Source: the human T2T-CHM13v2.0 reference genome, Homo sapiens. Taken from it: 64,000 bases of DNA. Under the pieces are notes generated by a model. It searched no databases, had not been told where the DNA came from, and saw only the letters and a program-made list of their open reading frames with translations. The translations under genes were made by a program, and so were the position numbers. The stretch lies in the NCBI RefSeq assembly GCF_009914755.1, contig NC_060942.1; one strand, written 5' to 3'. Of this stretch, positions 54,705 to 64,000 are shown piece by piece (positions within the stretch are counted from its first letter, which is position 1; each line of letters begins with the position of its first letter).

Positions 54705-55337
54705 AGGAATAGGGTTTTAATACAATTTTTCATCTGGCCTGAAAAATATACTTCAGTGTTCAATGATTTGAAATCTCTGAGATATCAGGGAATGAAAGGG
54801 ATTAAAAGCTTTAAGAAATATAAATATAAATGTGTATGTGTGTGTGTATACATATACTATTTTTTTTTTTTTTTGCCCAGGGAAGACATCTGTCAGTGCT
54901 CATAAACCCTGTTTCCTCTGGGGATAAGTTAGTACCAGCTTAACCTGAGGGTGGGCAAAAAAAGGACATGCAGAATTCAACGCAACACACATCCTGACAA
55001 GTTTATAAGGACCACGAGAAGTTTAGAGGCAGGAAATAAATAGTAACACCAACCATAAAAAGGCTGTCACTCACTCTAGAGTTTAAAATGCTCGTACGCA
55101 GGTGGCGGTGGGCCTTAGGCAAGCCAGCATGACAGCAAAGAAAGGACGGACCCAGAGGAGACTCCAAGGATGTAAAAACATGAATGAAACAAAACATACA
55201 ACCAAGCCTCACCACAAAAATGACAACCGTGTGAGGTAATGCATTTGTGAGCTAGATTTAACCATTCCCAAAGCATTGTGTTGTGCGTGATAAATGCGCA
55301 CTGTTACGTCTGTCAATTTAAAAATAAAAATGAGAAA

Positions 55338-55640
55338 GGCCGGGTGCAGTGGCTCATGCCTGTAATCTCAATACTTTGAGGCCAAGGTGGGAGGATTGCT
55401 TGAGCCCAGGAGTTTGAGACCAGCCTGGCCAACACAGTGAGATCCCCATCTCTAAAATAATAAAAATAGAAAAAATGAGACGGGTCTGGTGGTGCACATC
55501 AGCTACTGTGGATGCTGAGGCAGGAGGATGGCTTGATCCTAGGAGGTCAAGGCTGTAGCGAGCTGTGATCGCACCACTGTGCTTCAGCCTAGGCGATAGA
55601 GTGAGGCCTTGTCTCTAAAAAATAATAATAAATAAAAATT
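55338..55640 (+). mobile_element. Alu (AluJ-like) in the TMEM241 3'UTR (antisense to the mRNA), within an L1M 3' fragment
   Basis: Dimer; flanks AAAAATGAGAAA/AAAAATGAAAAA. Confidence 0.9.
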
Positions 55641-56104
55641 TAAAATTTTAAAAATGAAAAAAAAAAAAGACAACCAAACCCCTTAGGCCCACTACCTTGC
55701 ACTGAAAGCAGTGTTTGGGAGAGAGCATGTGGCATCCAGAGGTGTGAAGCTCAGTCGAGGCGAGCAGAGCCAGCCCATGAAATCCTGTACTTCCTGTTTC
55801 TGCAGAACCAGCTACAGCACGGTTGAGAGAGGTTCTCCAAATGGGAAGATGTAACAGACCGCTCCTCTGCAGTGACCTGCAGACCCCCAGAAAGGGTGCT
55901 CCTTGAAGCACCAGGGCCTCGGCCTCATCAGCCACCACCACATTCACTTGGGTGAGGGTGATGGCACTGCCCACCTGGCCTCACTGTCCTTGCATTCCTC
56001 TTTCTGACACATCCAACAGGGAGCTATGAGACCAGGGGCTCGTACACAGGTGTACAAGCTGTTCTCCCGCAGCAGCCTGTGAGTCTTTCTCTTGACCGTC
56101 TTGT

Positions 56105-56165
56105 TCAGGAGCTCTTCCGCTCTGAGAAAACCAGCAAGGCCTCTCCAAGCGCACCGAGCAGGAGG
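56105..56165 (-). CDS. TMEM241: TMEM241 (SLC35D4) terminal coding exon, (C)LLLGALGEALLVFSERKSS*
   Basis: Minus strand reads ctgaccttctgctgttgtttgcAG|C CTC CTG CTC GGT ... AGC TCC TGA. The hydrophobic helix plus SERKSS matches the TMEM241 C-terminus as I recall it, and fits the known CABLES1-TMEM241 neighbourhood. Confidence 0.88.
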
Positions 56166-59100
56166 CTGCAAACAACAGCAGAAGGTCAGCTCTCCACTCC
56201 CCCGGGACCCCTGAGCTGCCTGGCGCCCACATACGCAGGGCAAGGGGTGCTTCCCCTCATCCTGCAACTGAGACTCATCACCAGCCCGAACTGCCATGCT
56301 TCCAGGTCAAGCCCAGGAATCGCTCCTATCCCTCAGGGCAGACCTCAGGTACACATGGGAGGTGAGAAGGCAGGGAGGCGGGCTCGATACCTTCCCTTGG
56401 GGAAGAAGGTGAAGCGTCCCACACATCCTGACCAGGTGAGGATGATGCACTGGGTTAGTGCTCTCTGGCAGAAACACAGACTTCTGGCAGGAGAGATCCC
56501 ATAGAGGCCTCTGGTGCTGTTGGCAAATTGGGCTGATGGATAGGAAATCACACAGGTATCCACACTCTTAAAATTAAGGTGACAATCTCAGTTTTCATTT
56601 CATTTAAACTACAGAACATTTAAAGGTGAAAATACAAGTGGGGAATCATAATTTTCCCACCAGCACAGAAAGAAACATGGCCAGTGATCTGAAATGAAAA
56701 AGCAGTGGGAGAACTGGAGACAGAGAGGGAAGAAGAGCTGAATATTTTAACATGCCTCTAATGTAATACAGCCAAAGTCCTCTCCACTTTCTATTTTGAA
56801 CCTCGCCGTAGACAGTCTGGTGACTATCTGAATCCCGTTAGTCTTCTGGGGCCTGTGCTGGGCCATCACCAAGGGACTATGGTGGTAGGTCTCTGATGGG
56901 GAGGGCCCCTTTTTCAGAGGTGCCAGCAGCCCGTTTGGTCAGACCCTTTCCTTCCCTTCCTCTCTCATCTGCCTACCCAACACCCCAGCCCTTCATACGC
57001 TCACCTGCAACACACGCCCAGGCCACGGCGCCTTCGCACCTTGAACGTTTGGGGTGCTGAGTGTATGACACACACATAGGCTGTTCACGCTACATACCCT
57101 GTGAAAAATGTTCCTTTGGTGGGTGACCCTGACATACAGGTAACTCACACCATTTTCCACTTTAGCATAGGAATGAACTGACTATGAGTGAGAATATAAA
57201 AACCATATGTTTTAGAATCAGGCCAATTCAAGCTCTGGCGCAGGCATTTGTTAGTCAGGTGATCTTGCGTACGTTTTCAGCCTTAGTCTCTCCATCTGTA
57301 CCACAGGAGATGATCGCATCTAACAGTCTCTGTGAGGCTTAGAAATAATACATCAGCAGCAACCCACCCCTGTGTTTAGCCTATGATGGACAATCACTAA
57401 GACAGGATTACTATTATTTTCCAGCCGACTGCCCTCTGAGAGTAGCAATCCCCTCCTCAGTGGTCCTCCCGGTGGGCCACCCAACTTCTGCCTGAAGATG
57501 TCTAGTGAGGGGCACGTCCTGTTGAGCAAGGCAAGCCTGTCCCATGGATGAGTGGCTTTGGTCACTGGATTCACATGCGTCTCCATGGGCATCTCACTTG
57601 TGGAAGCCACTGGGGTTGGCGGGGACTGACTGAGACATGTTCCTTCCCCACGCTGACCCAGGCAGCTCTTCATCACACTAACTCTACAGCAGTAATTTCT
57701 TACAACCCCGCCCACGAGGCCAAAGCTGCTCTCCGGAGCAAGAGAGAACAAATGTACTCCTTCCTCAGCTTAGAGACTGGGAGAATCCCCCAAACACCGT
57801 GATCTCCCCTCTCTGGTGATTAAAGGCCTCTGGGGGAAGGCAGCAGGAGACACTGGTCAGTCAGGTTGAGGGGCTTAGAGGATGTCCCCCACTTGGTTCA
57901 CAATGGGGATGGAGGAGAGGGAGCCGAGGGAGACTGATGCCTAGTACCTTACTCCAAGTTGGGATGTACTTTCCTCTTTCCTACAGAAATAAAACTATAA
58001 CAGTGAAACTAAGTTGATCGTTCCTATTTAACTCACAAGAATGTAGCTGTTACGAATGTCCATGTTATGAACCAAATGACTATCTGTGGACCTCCCTAGA
58101 TCTGTAATCATCATTGTCAGCACTGTCTCCGTGAGAAATTGTGACCCAAGTTCCCAACGACCCTATTTGGGAACGAGGCCGCTTTGTGAAGCTGGGAGCC
58201 TGCTTGTCCCTTGTCCAGCTCAGGACCCCAGATGCTGAGGGGTTCTATCACCTCTCCTCTTTGGAAAAGACATGACTGTGAAAGGGAGGCGTTCTTTTTG
58301 CACGCAGGCTCACCTCCAAAGACCTGGCTTTTCCTTTTAAGTGACTGCCGTTCCCCTTGTAGCCCTTCAAGAGCATGTATGCCACCCTGCCAAGTTCCCA
58401 GGCAATGCAGAGTCACCACGACCAGATGCAAGGGCTGCACGGAGCTTTGGGTTTGGGAGGGTTTTATTTCTGCAAATGTAACCAGGGGCTCGGACATTTT
58501 ATACACTTTCCACTAATCCTCCTTAATCACCAGGGAGAAAACCAGGGTAGCAGCTGGCCCCTTGCCACTTTTACTCCCATAACCTTAGAAAAATGCTGGA
58601 GTATAATAACCTTGCATTATGTCCCTTGGCCTGAACTACTTTATGAAACACCAAAGCAGCTTAGTAAATACTAAAAATGAAAACAAACCTTGGTTCGGTT
58701 TACTGTTAGGAGAGCCAGGGAGGTGAGCTTTGATGTTGTTTTCTAAACAGCAGGAAAGGCTGACATGGGTCCAGGAATCTTAATAGCATTACAACTATTT
58801 AAGTCAGAGCTTGACTGAACTGTTTGCAAATCTTGTAATCCCCATCATTCCTGAAATGAACAAACTTCATGTAACCAAGGCATAAACATCAGATTGCAGG
58901 GCACACATGGCCAGAAATATCCATCACTAGCTTCTCTTCCAGAGGTTTATTTTCAGCACTTCTCCAGCCCTTCTCTTTCTCCTATGAGGGACCGAAGCCT
59001 CCATCTAAATTTTACATTTATTATTGTGGCTATTCAATTAATTCCTGTTGAGCTAGTAGACAGAGGATGGAGGCTGCATCCTTTACCTGGCTGCAGGCCC

Positions 59101-60440
59101 TGCGCCTAATGCAGCACTCAATAAATACCGATTCAATGAATAGTTAAACTGTTAATATTTTATCCCCTTTCTGCCACCTATGTAGATGGGAGAAGTCCCA
59201 AACTATTTGGTCTAAAAATAATTTGGTCCTAAACTATTTTTTCCTTTTTCTCTCTTCCTCACCGCAATGTGTCTGTCCCATGCTCCATTCCTTGGGGCTC
59301 TGCCGAGTGAGTTCATAATCTATTAAATTATGATAAAATTTGAGAGGTAATCAGCAACGTTATTGAGAAGGCCCTTCTTACGTAGAATTTTAAAGAGGAG
59401 GTTTCAGATTTTTAATTCAAATGGAGAACTCATAAATTTCAGACACTGTGATCCTGAAGGCATTTTGGAGTGTGATGGGGGGACGTTTTCTTTGCCCCTA
59501 AATTCATTCTTTCTATACATAGGTTTGGGCAGCCTCCGTGAAGTTCCTTAAAATTAAAGGGATAAGAAATCTTTACTCAAAGATTATATACGATCATTTT
59601 CTAAAGACCCTCAGTGTTGGTGAGGTTTGTGCTAGGCTCAAGTTCAAGTGATCCTCATGGCTGATAAACAGCGATCAATGGCAAGTTCAGTGAATGATGT
59701 GCGAAGGGAAAAATGTGATCATGGAATCCTTAGAACAAAGAAGTTGCATTTTGGTTATTCTTTTCTTTCCTTGTGCTTAAACTATTCCAAAGAGAAGGGT
59801 GACTCTCCCCATCTATAAAACGGGAGAGGAGAGGAGTCACCATAATTAATTCCACTTGACAAGGATACCGCTCTCAGGTCAGTATCTTTCTCTTTTGTAT
59901 GCTTCAAATCTCCTTTGCTGAATTTTGAAATAGAGGGAATTAATATTACTATAAAACTGTTAATTAAAAATGAACAATTAAATAGAAATCTGGATATTTA
60001 AATTACTGGGCTTGAAATAGATTGTTTTCATAATAATTGGCTGGATGACAGCAGTTGTTTTTAATTAAAGACTTTAAAAATATTGAGTACTTCGGTTTAT
60101 AATTGTTCTTGGATACAATATTTTGAAGGCTGGCCACTCAGTGTTGATTCAGCAAGTATTCAACACTAGGCCTAGAGATGCAAAGGTGAATGAAACACAC
60201 CCTTTCTCCTAGAGCTGCTCACAGCCTGGTGGGAGAGATGGCGCCAGCCACCTGTCACTCGCCAGCCACCTGTGCAGCAAGTGCCTACGGAGCCAGACAC
60301 AGACACAGAGGGGATGGGAGGAGCAGCTGAGGACCTGACACTTGAGCTGATCCAAAGCTCTCATTCGATGAGCAAGTTCCTTAAGATCTTGCTGAAATTT
60401 CAAATGGAATTTTCTCCACTAGCCCCCATGAACTTTAGAC

Positions 60441-60635
60441 CAGTGATTCTCAACTGGGGTGGGACTTTTGGCAATGTCGGGGATGTTTTTCATTGTTACA
60501 ATTGAGGGGGTGCTACCGGCATCTAGCGAGTGGGGTTCAGGTTTGCTGCTAGACATCCTACAAGGCACAGAACAACCCCTCAAAACAAGGAATTATCAGT
60601 CCCAAATATTAATAGTGCTTTGGGTGAGAAGCCCT
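60441..60635 (+). mobile_element. MER20 DNA transposon
   Basis: CAGTGATTCTCAAC...TTTGGCAATGTC...GGCATCTAG...ACATCCTACAA...GAGAAGCCCT. Confidence 0.85.
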
Positions 60636-60934
60636 ACTTCAGATGGCCTACTTTGTGTAGCTAAGCTGTTGTCCATCCAAGGAGGAGGATAATGACATAT
60701 ATATTTGAACACTTATCCCCTACATGGTGATCTCCCTGGAGTCAGGGAATGTGCCTTGCTTCCTTCTGTAGTCTCAGAGCCCAGCCCAGCCCTTTGGTGG
60801 AATGCACGAATATACAAATATATGGATGCAAGGCTACTGGCTGGAGCAGGGTCCTCCAGTCTCAGCCAGCCAGGGTGGTGGAGGCCATGGTGGATTGGAG
60901 ACCACACGCCAACGTGAAGAGGCAGCCTCTATTC

Positions 60935-61162
60935 ATTCCAGCAACTGCTGCTGTGTGCAAATGCAGGCCCAACATTAACAGCTGCTCCACATTTTCAAAA
61001 GAATCTGGAAATCTGGATTTGTATGAGGAAATCACCCGATTTCAAAATGGTGATGACTAACTTAAAACTTGAAAAGCAAATGAGAAGAAATAGTAACTAT
61101 ACCAGCACACACAATAGGTCCAAACAAAATAGGCCTGCAGCCTCTGCCCTTTGTGACTTCTG
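60935..61162. mobile_element. MER103-like hAT fragment
   Basis: AATGCAGGCCCAAC...TTTCAAAAGAATCTGGAAATCTGGATTT motif. Confidence 0.5.
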
Positions 61163-61716
61163 ATCAGTTTAAAGTCCCATGCCACAGGGATCAGCCACCG
61201 CCCCTGCCTGGGCTCTGAGAGCTGGTCACCCAGCCACGCTTGAACACGCCTAGTATATGGACAAGGCAGAACAGCTCTGTGCAAGACACAGAGCTGAAGC
61301 ACAGTCCACTCTTCTGGTGGTTCACTTTGTGGTTGGAAAATTCCTTCAGGCTGAAAACACACCATCTTTAACCTCAGGAGTCCTCAAAAATCAGGAAATT
61401 CCAAAGTCAAGGTTCCTTTTGCAATAATCACACATTCTGTTTCCTTAATTTGCGAACACACAGCCTTTCTTTCCATTTTTCTCAGGGCATACCATAAAGT
61501 TCACAGGATGTGAAACAGCCCAGAGACAGCCTCTTACAGACGCCTGCTTCCTTACTATTCCGACTCAGCATTTCCTCACACTGGAGAGCTGTCTTACTCT
61601 TAGCTCTCACGTTCAGTTCAATACCTGGGTTTCTTTGGCTCATTTTGAAATTCTGTACAAAATGTGGTCAATGCAGGCTTACTTGTAAGAGAGAAAGATA
61701 TTGTCAAGAATTTAGG

Positions 61717-62413
<697 letters not shown>

Positions 62414-62459
62414 CTATGAAAGTTAAGGATACAGAAATTTGGGGAAAAGTCTCAAGAAT

Positions 62460-62680
62460 TTATATATATATATATTTATATAACATATCATTATATATAA
62501 TTATATATAATTCATATAATAAAATGTAATATAATAAAATATATATAATTCTTGTTATATAATAACATGTAAAACAAGAATTATATATAAATGACATTAT
62601 ATATCTATCAATTATATATAACATATATATAAAATACATATATTCTCTTTATATATAGAAAGAGAGAGAGGGAGAGAGAG
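62460..62680. repeat. (TA)-rich low-complexity tract plus (GA)n
   Basis: Seen directly. Confidence 0.9.
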
Positions 62681-63509
62681 ACGCATGTACACATATACAT
62701 ATCTCAGGATATAAAGGTTTCTTCTCTGGGCAGCTGGATTTTGGGATGTCAACCTGCCTACCATTTGTGTCACCCCTCCCCAGAAGGACAGGTGCAGAGG
62801 AAGAGGGGGGAGGAAGATTAGCTCCCTGCTTCAGAGCCCCAGTTCTGGTTACAAATCACTAAGTCTCCACTGGCTGCCCTGTCTTCCCAGGTGAGAGGGG
62901 TCCAGTCCTCTTCCATCCCCCAACTCTCAGCCCAGCTAAGCCTCTTCCTCTGCATAAGGCCCAGTTCACACCAGCTCCAGGGGCATCTTCCAAACACTCC
63001 TGGCCTCTCTCCCTTCTTCAGTCTTCTTATTCACTGGGCATTAACACAGTTACTATCTGATCCATCCAATGAATTAGCTTTCTGATTTGCCCTTCCTTTG
63101 ATAACCCCTTAAATGTTGGATATCTTATATTTCTTAATGGTTTCCACATACTGTGCATACAGCAGTCACTCAATAAAGATGTTTAACTGATTGATATTAT
63201 GGAATTATAGCTATGGTATAAAAAACCTATGACAATGAGATTTTCCTCCCTAAAAATGTCTATTGGACATTCTTAGTCTGCAGGTCAGTTCCTGAACAGG
63301 AATTAGGACTGTCTTGTGCTGGGTGACGCTCTGTTTGTTTCCTCTGCTGTCAAATCATCTACATACTCTTTAGGGAGGATCACAGTGGTGGGACAAGGAA
63401 CATTTAAGCCATTTTCCCTTATAACTCCCTCATGAGCTTCCGCCTGTACATTATCTACACTGCTGTAAATCCTTGGTGTTTTTCAATTCAGTTCTAGCAG
63501 GTTACAGGG

Positions 63510-63715
63510 CTTTGTACACACAGACCTGGGTTTGAAACCTGGTCCAACTGCCTAGTAGCTATAAAATCTTGGGAAAATAAGCATCTCTGGACCTCAGCTT
63601 CTTCATCTTTAAAATATGGATGACTTGGAAGAGTGTTATAAAAGTAAATGAGATAATATTAATGTAAGAAATGTCTGAGGCACAGTAGTTGCCCAATAAA
63701 TGGTTATTATTATTA
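63510..63715 (+). mobile_element. MIR
   Basis: CAGACCTGGGTTTGAA...CCTCAGCTTCTTCATCTTTAAAAT...CAATAAATGGTTATTATT. Confidence 0.8.
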
Positions 63716-64000
63716 AAAAGAAGAGGAAGACATAGCAGGAGGAGGAAGAGGAAGGTGTAGGAACATTTCCTAATTTTTCCTTCCATTTGTCTTCTTGGGG
63801 CAGGAAATGCCCCCACTGGCGCTCCTGAGAAAGGTTGGAAATCCCATTTTCTGAGTGCAGTGAGCAAAACCATTCATTTCTGTCCATCTAGGATGATTTA
63901 GATATGGACCTGCCCTCAGGCAGGGCAATGAGCATCTATAGACACTGCAGAGGCAGTGATTTTTGACTTTTATCCAAGAATGGTTCCTGGCACATATGAG

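Overview
Human (primate) genomic DNA that I recognise from protein sequence as the convergent 3' ends of two genes, consistent with chr18q11.2. On the + strand are the last three coding exons of CABLES1 (11061-11167, 11830-12037, 15327-15467; C-terminal cyclin-like box) and a ~3.1 kb 3'UTR ending near 18570. On the - strand is the last coding exon of TMEM241 (56165-56105, ...CLLLGALGEALLVFSERKSS*) with a 3'UTR running to about 54110. The ~35 kb between them is mostly retroelements: a full-length THE1 MaLR provirus (TSD GATGG), a solo THE1 LTR, MST/MLT/MER21 LTRs, a nested MER4>MER41>Alu stack, a HERV-H provirus (TSD GATAC) that lost most of its 5' LTR, many Alus, and L1/L2/MIR/DNA-transposon fragments. 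Most long ORFs in the track are repeat-derived or chance. Best leads: (1) a 60-bp, 57/60-identical non-Alu segment shared by the last CABLES1 intron and its 3'UTR, whose intronic copy looks like a cryptic exon; (2) an L1 target-site duplication that copied the TMEM241 poly(A) signal; (3) a 315-nt phase-symmetric exon pair bracketed by inverted Alus, predicting a stop-free circRNA; (4) a THE1 provirus with discordant LTRs and an LTR8 patch. I found no evidence of a wholly new gene system. Repeat subfamily calls come from recalled consensus sequences, exon numbering is from recall, and repeat boundaries are approximate unless a TSD is given.
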